Under the pieces are notes generated by a model that made no database searches, had not been told where the DNA came from, and was given only the letters and a program-made list of their open reading frames with translations. The translations under genes were made by a program, and so were the position numbers. Below, in pieces: positions 7,452 through 15,705 of a DNA stretch of 15,705 bases (positions are counted from its first letter, which is position 1; every line of letters begins with the position of its first letter). The stretch comes from a virus, in the IMG/VR virus record IMGVR_UViG_3300045988_120407, positions 1 to 15,705 of that record; one strand, 5' to 3'.

Positions 7452-9518
7452 ATGAAAACTTCTTTTACTCCCTCCTCATGGCCTGCACAATCCCGTGTCA
7501 CACTTTGCCGTGTGACATGGGATTCTTCATATAAAGACGTGGTTTCTTTTGCAGACCGTGAAACGAGGGATAACTATTTCACATCATTAACTAGTGATTC
7601 ATTAACACTTGGAAATTATTCATACTTAAAACCGAATGAGCCTATTAATTTAGGGCTACCGTATAGCGCGGCTTATACATATAACTATTGTGTAGTAGAA
7701 AACCCAGAGCAACCCGTACCTGGAGAACTTACACCGCCTAAGCTGTATTACTTTATAACGTCTGTTGCTATGGTTAACCCGTCTACTACGGCTATCACGT
7801 TACAATTAGATGTGTTTCAAACGTATCTTTTCAACTTCCGTATTAGCCAAGCGTTTGTAGTGCGAGGGCACGCCGCTATTCAAGCAAGTTGTAATGTAGC
7901 TAATAACAATGCACCTTATACATGGCGGCGGTATTGCTCGGTACCAGAATCATTGGATATTGGCAACGAATACAACATATCAGATGTGCAAGTTCTTAAT
8001 TTATCCGTGAACCGTTCGGAAGGGTCGGAGGACTTAAACGGCCTCTCATTGATTGTCCAATCAACGGGCGACCTTGCGGCAGATTGGGGCACCATTACTA
8101 ATCCTTCTTTTAGAACGTCAGATGGACAGTTTACCGATGGTATTATTTCCTCGTGCAACGTGTATGAACTAAGACCAGACGATTACAAGATATTGTGCGA
8201 ACGGTTGCGCGAGGCTCCATGGGTAGCTCGTACTATTTTATCGGTTACGCTCTTTCCTAAAGCGTTTCTAACCGATGGCCCAGACGTGCAATTAAACGGG
8301 GTAAATGCTCGATTTTTAGGCACAACACCCGATGAAGGTGAGTTTTGGACTGATAGACAATCGCTTGCTAACCGTTTAGGACAATCCATAAGCTACCGTT
8401 ATAGAAACTTAAAAAAGTTGTTATGCTACCCGTATTCGGTAATTGAACTAACCAACTTCACGGGAAGCCCTTTATTGTTAAAGCCAGAACTAACTAACGA
8501 AAACGCGCTAGCCTTGCGACAGGTGGCATGCGCAGCCCCTCCTTATATGCGTCTTGCTTTCTATGTGCCGTATTATGGTAGTGACGTGGGCGTAAACGGT
8601 AGCTTGCCAAATGACGAAGATTATTATTATTTTGTTCTCGATGATAGCGAACCAAGGCGAGAGGGCACCTATCGACCAGAAAACTATATAGACAATGCGC
8701 TATGGTTTAACAACTTGCCGACGTTTAGCATCGTTAACGATAATTACATACTTTATCAGGCTACAACAGTTAACACGCGTAACTGGCAATATAGCGGCGC
8801 GGGTTGGGCGCTTAATAAGTCAAACGCCCAAACACAGTTGACCTATAGCCAGGCTCAACAACAGTTGGGTAATAATCAAGCCAATATGGATGTTCAGAAC
8901 GCAAGCCGAATAGCTAACGCAGCACTGGGAACCGTGGGCAATCTCACGGGAGGCAATGTTGGCGGCGCGGTTATGGGATTAGTCGGCGCGGGTGTTGATT
9001 ATTGGGCAGCGAATGAACAGTTCAATAATAACCAAGCCCTACAATCAGGCTTCGCGACACAAAACGCCGATCTTGCGCAGTGGGCAGCACAAGGAGACTA
9101 CCAGAATACAATTGCGGGAATTAACGCAACCGTGCAAGACATGGCACTATCACAGCCAAGCGTTATCGGGCAGCAAGGCGGTGACGGTTTTAATCTGTGT
9201 AACGGTATTTTTGAAATTGCTATTCGTTTCAAGAATATCAATAGCAACATGCAGCATGTAGTTGGCGAGTACTTCCTTAGATACGGCTACGCGATTCATG
9301 AGTTTATGGCACTCCCTGAAAATCTAAACTGTATGGAAAACTTCACCTATTGGCAATGTAAAGAGGTATACCTTAATTGCTCGCGTGCAGACGAGGGCGC
9401 AAAAGAAACGATACGTGGTATCTTTGAAAAGGGCGTTACGGTGTGGAGAGATGCCACGAAAATTGGTAATATAGATATTGCAGACAATGAACCATTAGGG
9501 GGTGTGTTATATGACTAA
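7452..9518 (+). CDS. Tail knob / distal tube protein (phi29 gp9-like), 688 aa
   Basis: RBS AAGGGGGAG. 'ITLQLDVFQTYLF' matches gp9 'FEIDVLQTWMF'. A Gly/Ala-rich hydrophobic segment 'AALGTVGNLTGGNVGGAVMGLVGAGV' is consistent with the gp9 membrane-active loop. Confidence 0.8.
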   Translation: MKTSFTPSSWPAQSRVTLCRVTWDSSYKDVVSFADRETRDNYFTSLTSDSLTLGNYSYLKPNEPINLGLPYSAAYTYNYCVVENPEQPVPGELTPPKLYYFITSVAMVNPSTTAITLQLDVFQTYLFNFRISQAFVVRGHAAIQASCNVANNNAPYTWRRYCSVPESLDIGNEYNISDVQVLNLSVNRSEGSEDLNGLSLIVQSTGDLAADWGTITNPSFRTSDGQFTDGIISSCNVYELRPDDYKILCERLREAPWVARTILSVTLFPKAFLTDGPDVQLNGVNARFLGTTPDEGEFWTDRQSLANRLGQSISYRYRNLKKLLCYPYSVIELTNFTGSPLLLKPELTNENALALRQVACAAPPYMRLAFYVPYYGSDVGVNGSLPNDEDYYYFVLDDSEPRREGTYRPENYIDNALWFNNLPTFSIVNDNYILYQATTVNTRNWQYSGAGWALNKSNAQTQLTYSQAQQQLGNNQANMDVQNASRIANAALGTVGNLTGGNVGGAVMGLVGAGVDYWAANEQFNNNQALQSGFATQNADLAQWAAQGDYQNTIAGINATVQDMALSQPSVIGQQGGDGFNLCNGIFEIAIRFKNINSNMQHVVGEYFLRYGYAIHEFMALPENLNCMENFTYWQCKEVYLNCSRADEGAKETIRGIFEKGVTVWRDATKIGNIDIADNEPLGGVLYD

Positions 9519-10509
9519 AAAACTCAAACCGGGAGAATATCCGATAGACTACCCTATTGCGTTATCCGATATGGCAATAGGCCGCAATTGGATACGAGAG
9601 AAGTACTCTAATAAATATGAGTATTACGACAATCAAGCCTTCATGTTCTGGGAAGATTATTTGGCGAATATCGCCCTAGCTGCTTTTAAATGGGAAAACC
9701 TACCAGCAGGGATTGACCCACGCGCGTTAGAGTTTATCTTTCTTAATTGGGGCATGGGCGGTCTGTTTCAGGAAAGCGGGGGCTTTCTGTTTGCACAGTG
9801 CACGCCTGTAGATACCTATAACCTTTACTACAATCCTAACGAAGTAACTTTAGTTAGTCCCGTTGGGCGTACCTGGATTAGGCACAATCAGCCGTGGGGA
9901 ATCGCGGGAGAGGGTGAAGAAATAACCTATCGCCCCCGCGATTGTGTAGTTGGTTTCGACAATATGAGACGTACCCCCCTCAACTCACATATTAAATACT
10001 TTGCGCGCCGTTTGGCAACGTATGACTCTATAGCCGATCTCAACACAGGAGCCCAACGCACGCCCTATATAATCCGAACAAGCGAACAGGCGTTAAAGTC
10101 AAACCAAGAGTTGTATTCAAAGCTTGAGCGCAATGACCAGGTTTTATATTTGAACGATGCAGCAGGAACAGGCACCCCCGAAGTTATGCAAACACAAGCG
10201 CCCTATATTGCAGAGGATATTTTCAATAACCAGAAGAAAATTCTTGATCTTGCTATGACTATTTTCGGTGCTGATAACTCAAACACTGAAAAGCGCGAGA
10301 GGGTGCAAACAAAAGAAGCAATGAGCAATAACGAGCAAATTATGCTTTTGCGCCGTTCTCGTTTGATGTGTCGCGAACGTTTTTGCGAAGAAGTTAATCG
10401 TACGTTTGAGTTGGAAAAACCAATTAGCGTTTCATGGGCGGTTCCACATATGGCGGAGCCAGACGATGCACGTTACCCGACCCTAACAGGAAACGAAGGG
10501 TGGATATAA
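9511..10509 (+). CDS. Portal / head-tail connector (phi29 gp10 upper collar-like), ~333 aa
   Basis: 'FKWENLPAGIDPRALEFIF' matches gp10 'FEWENLPPTINPSFLEKSI'. AGGGGGTG is spaced correctly for the ATG at 9511; the track's GTG at 9502 is less likely. The start overlaps the tail knob stop by 8 nt. Confidence 0.85.
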   Translation: MTKKLKPGEYPIDYPIALSDMAIGRNWIREKYSNKYEYYDNQAFMFWEDYLANIALAAFKWENLPAGIDPRALEFIFLNWGMGGLFQESGGFLFAQCTPVDTYNLYYNPNEVTLVSPVGRTWIRHNQPWGIAGEGEEITYRPRDCVVGFDNMRRTPLNSHIKYFARRLATYDSIADLNTGAQRTPYIIRTSEQALKSNQELYSKLERNDQVLYLNDAAGTGTPEVMQTQAPYIAEDIFNNQKKILDLAMTIFGADNSNTEKRERVQTKEAMSNNEQIMLLRRSRLMCRERFCEEVNRTFELEKPISVSWAVPHMAEPDDARYPTLTGNEGWI

Positions 10510-10510
10510 A

Positions 10511-11089
10511 ATGCTGGTAGCTGGTAGTTATGATAATTATTACGATACGCCTGATTTGGATAGCCTTATTCGATTATACGGTTGCGATTTAGGTATGAGG
10601 GATTATCCTATATGGGATGAAAGCAAGCGCGAATGGTTGAATGAAAAGATTATTAATCATTTTCGCTATAGGAAAATCAGCGCTCAAACCTCGACCCAAT
10701 TTATTTTTTACCTGAATAGGGCGTTAGATGAAAATATGGTTTCTATCAATCCTGTTTTTGTTGCACTTGAAAAAGCCGCGCAAGACGAAACCTGGTTGTC
10801 CTATATGACGGGCGATAAATCAACCACGACCAACGATGCAGGAAGTGAAAACGAGCAGATTTTTTCTATCACGCCACAAAATCGCTTATACGAAGAGGGC
10901 GGCGAAAATTACGCGACTAACATTACACAATCGACAGGAACCAATACCAATAATGCAGTTAATGTGTCAACGCATTATGGTATTAATAACATGGTATCAA
11001 CGGCCTTGAGTGAGTGGTTATCGGGCGTGAATAACGCACTTCAAATTGTTTTCGGTGTGTTAGAGCCGTGTTTTATTCAAGTTTACTAG
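10511..11089 (+). CDS. Structural protein, possible lower collar/tail tube component (gp11-like?), 192 aa
   Basis: Good RBS GAAGGGTGG. Its position after the connector matches gp11 in phi29, but it is shorter than gp11 (293 aa). I do not recognise a motif. Confidence 0.35.
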   Translation: MLVAGSYDNYYDTPDLDSLIRLYGCDLGMRDYPIWDESKREWLNEKIINHFRYRKISAQTSTQFIFYLNRALDENMVSINPVFVALEKAAQDETWLSYMTGDKSTTTNDAGSENEQIFSITPQNRLYEEGGENYATNITQSTGTNTNNAVNVSTHYGINNMVSTALSEWLSGVNNALQIVFGVLEPCFIQVY

Positions 11090-11108
11090 TAAAGGAGGTA
11101 TAGCAAAA

Positions 11109-11765
11109 ATGAGCATGTTAAACTATCCCGATGATTTTGATTTTGCCTACCAGGGATACCAGTATCCACTACCACCTAGTTGGAAATATGCGCTACGTCT
11201 AGAAGATCAAATACAATGGCTTCTACAGGCACTTTTAAAGCTAAATGACGAAGCGGTTTCGCAGTCTATTCTCGATGCTGGCCTAGCTGATAATCTAGAG
11301 CAGGCAAAAGAATACTCCGATACGTTATATAACGTTTTGAAGAATCAAATCGCGAAAAACTACGAAGAACTAGACCAGCGTATTACTAATATCTATGCGG
11401 GTATTAGTATGTGGGTGTCCCCCGTGGTAGACGGTAACAAACATTACGCCCCTTACATTAATAAGCAACTGTTCAATGCAGCGAGGCCTTACGCGGCAAC
11501 CTATGCAGAGTTTAAAACGAAATATAGTGAGATGACCTATTCACAAGTTACTACGGCCTTGCACGATTGGACACTATACCAACTTGCCTTTTATGCAGCG
11601 GTGCTGCTTGATTTGGTCGATTTTGGCAACTTTGAGCAAGTATTAGCACGGTGCAAGCCTTATGCTATTGATGATACAATATATACACCGTCTACACCTA
11701 AGACTATTCACACGTGGGATGATCTTAAAAAGTACGGTGCACTTGCCTATATAGAGGAGGATTAA
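11109..11765 (+). CDS. Structural protein of unknown function (218 aa), possible lower collar/adaptor
   Basis: Strong RBS AAAGGAGG. It lies in the tail morphogenesis block between the connector and fibre genes. Confidence 0.4.
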   Translation: MSMLNYPDDFDFAYQGYQYPLPPSWKYALRLEDQIQWLLQALLKLNDEAVSQSILDAGLADNLEQAKEYSDTLYNVLKNQIAKNYEELDQRITNIYAGISMWVSPVVDGNKHYAPYINKQLFNAARPYAATYAEFKTKYSEMTYSQVTTALHDWTLYQLAFYAAVLLDLVDFGNFEQVLARCKPYAIDDTIYTPSTPKTIHTWDDLKKYGALAYIEED

Positions 11766-11770
11766 AAACA

Positions 11771-12523
11771 ATGGCTACTACTAACTATTCATTGCCAACA
11801 CTTGAGAGTACGGCGCTTTTTGACCTGGTAACTGATTACAATGCACTAGCTAACGCTACCGATGCAGCACTTGCAAGCGTGGCAGGGCTAATCCCTAGTG
11901 AAACTATCACCGAAATGGAAGGCCAGATTAGCGCCTTGCAGACTTTGACGGGTTCACAGGGCACGCAGATTACTACTTTGCAATCGCAAATGAGCACGGC
12001 AAACGGTAACATTTCAACATTGCAATCTGGCCTAGTGACTGCTAATAACAATATAGGCAAGTTGCAAACTGGTTTGCAAACGACCAATAAGAATGTTCAA
12101 TCGGCAAATAATGCAATTCAAGCACTACAAGCGATGATGTCACCTATAATTGTGCTATCTGGATTAAATGCGTCTAGTAGTAATTGTACGGTAGCAGGCA
12201 ATGTTTTTTGCCATCCAGCAGCGAAAATACTAATTTTCAGCATGAACGCGGCTATCACATATAATTTTACAAACAGCAGCAGTCCTAAAATCCCATCATT
12301 TTCACAGGTTTTGCCCTCCGATTATCTACCGACGCAAGACAAGCGTATTTTTGTGGGAAGTGCTATGAGCGGTGACGCCGCGTGTAATTTACAATTAGAT
12401 ATTAGCTCCGAAACAGGAGCCATTACGCCGGTCATTAATGGAATTAAGAACGTGCAATCATTCAAAATAAACGGAAACGCTATGCTAATGTATGATATTC
12501 CTGCAGATGCTAATAATTCATAA
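11771..12523 (+). CDS. Fibre / receptor-binding protein with trimeric coiled-coil stalk (14-residue repeats), 250 aa
   Basis: RBS GAGGAGG. Four tandem 14-aa repeats are readable: ITTLQSQMSTANGN / ISTLQSGLVTANNN / IGKLQTGLQTTNKN / VQSANNAIQALQAM. A C-terminal globular region follows. Confidence 0.55.
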   Translation: MATTNYSLPTLESTALFDLVTDYNALANATDAALASVAGLIPSETITEMEGQISALQTLTGSQGTQITTLQSQMSTANGNISTLQSGLVTANNNIGKLQTGLQTTNKNVQSANNAIQALQAMMSPIIVLSGLNASSSNCTVAGNVFCHPAAKILIFSMNAAITYNFTNSSSPKIPSFSQVLPSDYLPTQDKRIFVGSAMSGDAACNLQLDISSETGAITPVINGIKNVQSFKINGNAMLMYDIPADANNS

Positions 12524-12535
12524 GGAATTGTTAAA

Positions 12536-13804
12536 ATGCCTGATACGCGCACCATATGCTATTACGCCATGTATGTAATTGGCGAAGTAGAAAGTAATTG
12601 GAATTGGCAGTCGGTGAATTACAACGACCCAATCACTATTGGTATGATGCAATGGTACGGAACGCGCGCCGCCGCATTGTTAAACCGCATGCAATCGGAG
12701 CGCCCCACCGATTTTGAAATGTTGGCGGATAGCTTGAAAAGTTCGCTTTCGAGCAATGACCAGAACAGTAGATACTGGAATGCACGTTATCTAAACCAGA
12801 GCGAGGGCGAAAGTGTTTCAAATGCTTTCGCCTCTACCGAATCGCATATTGTGCAAGAAAACCAAGCTATAACAGATTTCGAGGGATACATATCGACATT
12901 GGAGGGGTGGGGATTGTCTCAAGGCAATCCCAAACCCTTAATATTCGCTATGAGCATGTATCATCAATCGCCCGCCCGTGCGGGTAATGTTGTTGCAACC
13001 GCAGGCGGTAGTGCCACCCTAGATAGAATCTACCAAGTATGCTTAAACAATGGTGTATTAGGGCAATACCGAAACCGCTACACTACCGTTTATAACCGCC
13101 TTAATGAGTGGGACGGTGAAAGTATGCCGCCCGATTTCGGACAAAATGGCGGTGCAGGAACGGGCGAGGGCGGCGAAAATTCAGGCACTCAAGAATTAGC
13201 GAATGTTATATCTCATATTACGTTATATAATAATACGCTTACAATCTACGGAACCGACGGACTAAAAAACGGGCTTGTATGTGTGCCCGTCTCACCTCAA
13301 ACGTGGAAACCTGCACTTAATAATACTGGTGAAGCTATAACAGGCGGTAACACGGGCGGCGGCTCCGCTACAGGAACGGAAGCACAGCAAAAATTAGTAG
13401 AGTTTGCGCGATCTTGTTTAGGAAAGTTTCAGTACAGCCAAGGCGCGGGGCGGCTATCTCCTGAAACGTCTGGTTATACCGACTGTAGCGGCTTTTGTTG
13501 GTACTGTTATCAGAAAGTTTGTGGCCTTAAGATTGGTACGTGGACAGGTGCACAAGCCGAACAGGGGCAACAGATAGCAACAGGCAGCGGCGGCAATCTA
13601 CCAGAGGACAAAATGCAACCCGCGGACTTGATAATTTTTGGGTATGGGTCAAACACAACACACGTGGAGATGTATATAGGTAATAACCAGTGCATTGGTC
13701 ACGGGTCGGGCCAGGGGCCGAAATTGCGTGAAGATGCTAACGCGTATTGTGCGGGAAATTATAATTGGAATAGTTGGCAAGTAAGACGATATGTTAATAT
13801 ATAG
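12536..13804 (+). CDS. Tail-associated peptidoglycan hydrolase (phi29 gp13-like): N-terminal lysozyme-like domain + Gly-rich linker + C-terminal NlpC/P60 (CHAP-type) endopeptidase, 422 aa
   Basis: N-terminal 'ICYYAMYVIGEVESNW...GMMQWYG' resembles gp13 lysozyme-like 'ICGMLGNMQSES...GLVQWT'. The linker is GGAGTGEGGENSG. C-terminal 'DCSGFCWYCY' (catalytic Cys) and 'THVEMYIGNNQCIGHGS' (His) form the NlpC/P60 signature. Confidence 0.8.
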   Translation: MPDTRTICYYAMYVIGEVESNWNWQSVNYNDPITIGMMQWYGTRAAALLNRMQSERPTDFEMLADSLKSSLSSNDQNSRYWNARYLNQSEGESVSNAFASTESHIVQENQAITDFEGYISTLEGWGLSQGNPKPLIFAMSMYHQSPARAGNVVATAGGSATLDRIYQVCLNNGVLGQYRNRYTTVYNRLNEWDGESMPPDFGQNGGAGTGEGGENSGTQELANVISHITLYNNTLTIYGTDGLKNGLVCVPVSPQTWKPALNNTGEAITGGNTGGGSATGTEAQQKLVEFARSCLGKFQYSQGAGRLSPETSGYTDCSGFCWYCYQKVCGLKIGTWTGAQAEQGQQIATGSGGNLPEDKMQPADLIIFGYGSNTTHVEMYIGNNQCIGHGSGQGPKLREDANAYCAGNYNWNSWQVRRYVNI

Positions 13805-13807
13805 GCT

Positions 13808-14863
13808 ATGGCTAAGTATTGGAACATAAACAAGGCACTTTCGTACAATGCGAACATTGTAATGGTAGCAGGTGCGCGTTCTATTGGTAAAACGTACACC
13901 ACATTGAAGCATTGCGTTAAACGCTTTATTAAACACGGTGAAGAATGTGTATATATCCGCCGTTATGAGCCAGAACTAAGGGCGGTTAAAAAGTATATAT
14001 TTTCAGACGTGGCAACCGATAAAGAGTTTAAGGACTACGTTTTTAGGCTGGTAGGCTCTGAATACCAGATAGCCAAGCGACCAAAAGACAAAGAGAAGCC
14101 CGAATGGCGAACATTCTGTTATCTCTTAATTGCGTCACGTTATCAGGATTATAAGGGTGTCCCGTTTCCTAAAGTCAAATATATCGTTTGGGACGAGTAC
14201 TTGAGAGAAAATAACCGCCCGCCCGGCTATTTAGTTGATGAGGTAGGGGCTATACTATCATTGCTTATTACGATCTCACGTAAAAAGCGCGATGTAACAT
14301 TTTTCTTGCTTACAAACTCATGCAATATAGTAAACCCGTTATTCAGATTTTTACATATCAGCAACGAGCCTAAAAAGGGATATACTCAATACAAATTGGG
14401 CACCACTAAGGATGGTAGTGATATTGTCTTATTGATGGACTATGTAGCTCCCGAGAGTTTTAAAGATGAATCGTTAAATACTATTGGCGGTGCCATTGCT
14501 GATGGTACTAAGTACGGCGATTATATCACGGGTAACAAGTTTACTAATGCCACGGATAAGTTCATAGCTAAAAAGCCCTCGACGGCTAAATATAGATATG
14601 GTTTTAAGTTTAACGACTATGTATTCGCGTGCTGGTATGATGCTAGTAGTTTTATTTATTTTATTAACGATAAAGTGCCAGCCGATAAACAAGTTATTGC
14701 ACTAACCATTGATGATTACGATTTGAACATGATAGCGGTTGAAAACTCCCGTGAGTTTATACGTACCTTGAAAAGATTATACTTAAACGGGGTTGTAAGG
14801 TTTGAAAGCCCTGTTTTGAGGGAAAACTATTTTAAGATGTGTAAGTTATTGAACTTGAGATAA
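13808..14863 (+). CDS. DNA packaging ATPase (phi29 gp16-like), 351 aa
   Basis: N-terminal 'NINKALSYNANIVMVAGARSIGKTYT' matches gp16 'NPQKMLSYDRILNFVIGARGIGKSYA' (Walker A). Walker B is 'KYIVWDEY'. Confidence 0.9.
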   Translation: MAKYWNINKALSYNANIVMVAGARSIGKTYTTLKHCVKRFIKHGEECVYIRRYEPELRAVKKYIFSDVATDKEFKDYVFRLVGSEYQIAKRPKDKEKPEWRTFCYLLIASRYQDYKGVPFPKVKYIVWDEYLRENNRPPGYLVDEVGAILSLLITISRKKRDVTFFLLTNSCNIVNPLFRFLHISNEPKKGYTQYKLGTTKDGSDIVLLMDYVAPESFKDESLNTIGGAIADGTKYGDYITGNKFTNATDKFIAKKPSTAKYRYGFKFNDYVFACWYDASSFIYFINDKVPADKQVIALTIDDYDLNMIAVENSREFIRTLKRLYLNGVVRFESPVLRENYFKMCKLLNLR

Positions 14864-14864
14864 A

Positions 14865-14900
14865 GAAAGCGCCCTATTCGGCGCTTTCTGTTTCTTCTGT
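14865..14900. terminator. Bidirectional intrinsic terminator (gaaagcgcc-ctattc-ggcgctttc then T-rich tract)
   Basis: A perfect 9-bp palindromic stem with a 6-nt loop is followed by tgtttcttctgtttcc on + and tttatctc on -. It sits between the convergent ATPase gene and the leftward small ORFs. Confidence 0.7.
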
Positions 14901-15050
14901 TTCCATGTTTTCTATTAGATAGTTCATTGCGATCATGAGAGATTTATTTACTGCTTCGTCTGATATTTTTACCTTTTCGGATAACACAATTTCTATGGTT
15001 AAATCGCTAAAATATCCATTAATCGAATAGTTAATCGTACGGTGTTTCAT
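14874..15050 (-). CDS. Small acidic protein (58 aa), second gene of right-end leftward operon; not in ORF track
   Basis: Hand translation of the reverse strand gives MKHRTINYSINGYFSDLTIEIVLSEKVKISDEAVNKSLMIAMNYLIENMETEETESAE*. SD 'AGGGG' lies 8 nt upstream. The stop codon lies in the terminator loop. It is below the track length cutoff. Confidence 0.45.
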   Translation of the reverse strand: MKHRTINYSINGYFSDLTIEIVLSEKVKISDEAVNKSLMIAMNYLIENMETEETESAE

Positions 15051-15061
15051 TTAGTTTACCC

Positions 15062-15220
15062 CTAATCTTCCTCTACTAATTCGTATTCTCCATCATTGTT
15101 TACAACCTCATAATAGTGCTCGGGACTGTCAACATAATTCTCGAAAATAACAACTGCATTATAATCTGTACCGTAACGATTCATTTTATATAGAATATCT
15201 TGCTTGCTATATTTCTTCAT
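15062..15220 (-). CDS. Small acidic protein (52 aa), first gene of right-end leftward operon; N-terminal 9 aa encoded by the ITR; not in ORF track
   Basis: Hand translation gives MKKYSKQDILYKMNRYGTDYNAVVIFENYVDSPEHYYEVVNNDGEYELVEED*. It has the same ITR-borne RBS and start as the left gene at 486. It diverges after codon 9, where the ITR ends. Confidence 0.55.
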   Translation of the reverse strand: MKKYSKQDILYKMNRYGTDYNAVVIFENYVDSPEHYYEVVNNDGEYELVEED

Positions 15221-15705
15221 CTTTTGCCCCTTTCCCTTTTCGGTAGTTTCATTATATACGATATTGGCTATAATTAATAGGGCTAATTTTATTACTTGTT
15301 TTTATGGGGGTATTTTTGTTATGAATAATTGGAAGGTATGGGCTTTATTTGTTTTGTGTTGTGTTTGTTGGTGCGTGGTTGCGTGGTATGTGTTTTGGTG
15401 TGGTGGTTTTGGTTGTGGCTAGATCAGGCTGTTAGTTTGTTGGTGGTTTTGGCTGTGGTGGTTCGTGATTGGTTTTGGTGGTGGTGGTTCGTGGTTGGTT
15501 TTGGTGGTTTGTTTTGGGCTTGGTGGTTCGTGGTTGATTTTGGTGGTGGTTTTGGTGGTTGATTTTGGTGTGGTGGTTTTGGTGGTTGATTTGTTGATCG
15601 AATTGTGGTAGTATTATTTGTGTAAGGAAAGAAGGGCTAGAAAATGATGGTTAGGTTTTGGTGGTGGTTTTGGTGGTAGTATTATTTGTGTAAGGAAAGA
15701 AGGGC
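15194..15705. repeat. Right inverted terminal repeat (~512 bp)
   Basis: Reverse complement of 1..512. Confidence 0.9.
15245..15290 (-). promoter_or_regulatory. Mirror copy of ITR promoter driving leftward right-end operon
   Basis: By ITR symmetry with 420..465. The -10 TATAAT on the minus strand is at ~15251..15256. Confidence 0.35.

Noticed and set aside
9502-9510. GTG at 9502 as portal start
   Set aside because: The SD AGGGGGTG includes this GTG. The ATG at 9511 is correctly spaced from the SD and is the more plausible start.
2067-14692. Antisense ORFs inside large genes (2067..2306, 4291..4509, 6266..6469, 6685..6997, 6864..7067, 7916..8158, 8183..8389, 8992..9261, 11836..12087, 12322..12555, 12636..12821, 13510..13936, 14474..14692)
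   Set aside because: They are fully embedded in well-supported coding genes, on the opposite strand or out of frame. They have no RBS and low-complexity translations. They are typical spurious ORFs.

Overview
The window appears to be a complete ~15.7 kb linear genome of a phi29-like podovirus with protein-primed replication (Salasmaviridae/Picovirinae-type). It is bounded by ~512-bp inverted terminal repeats (1..512 and 15194..15705). All major genes are on the + strand in a compact series. From the left ITR promoter they are: two small unknown early genes; a p6-like dsDNA-binding protein; a p5-like SSB; terminal protein; protein-primed family-B DNA polymerase (Exo I/II/III, motifs A/B/C and KxY all readable); holin; Amidase_2/PG_binding_1 endolysin. 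A ~225-bp structured intergenic region with its own promoter and intrinsic terminator follows. After it come scaffold (gp7-like), major capsid protein with Ig-like C-terminus (gp8-like), tail knob (gp9-like), portal/connector (gp10-like), two small structural proteins, a coiled-coil fibre, a gp13-like two-domain tail peptidoglycan hydrolase (lysozyme-like + NlpC/P60), and the gp16-like packaging ATPase. A bidirectional terminator closes the late operon. Two sub-60-aa acidic ORFs missing from the ORF track are transcribed leftward from the right ITR. Three points are most interesting. (1) The ITR has a duplicated 33-bp terminal box and a ~260-bp CA-only array with A-tracts phased at ~13 bp (candidate p6-type nucleoprotein origin). 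The ITR also embeds a promoter, an RBS and the first 9 codons, so two different proteins share an N-terminus. (2) A pRNA-sized (~170 nt) structured transcript lies between lysin and scaffold genes. (3) The right-end leftward mini-operon of tiny acidic proteins is analogous to the phi29 C2 early operon.
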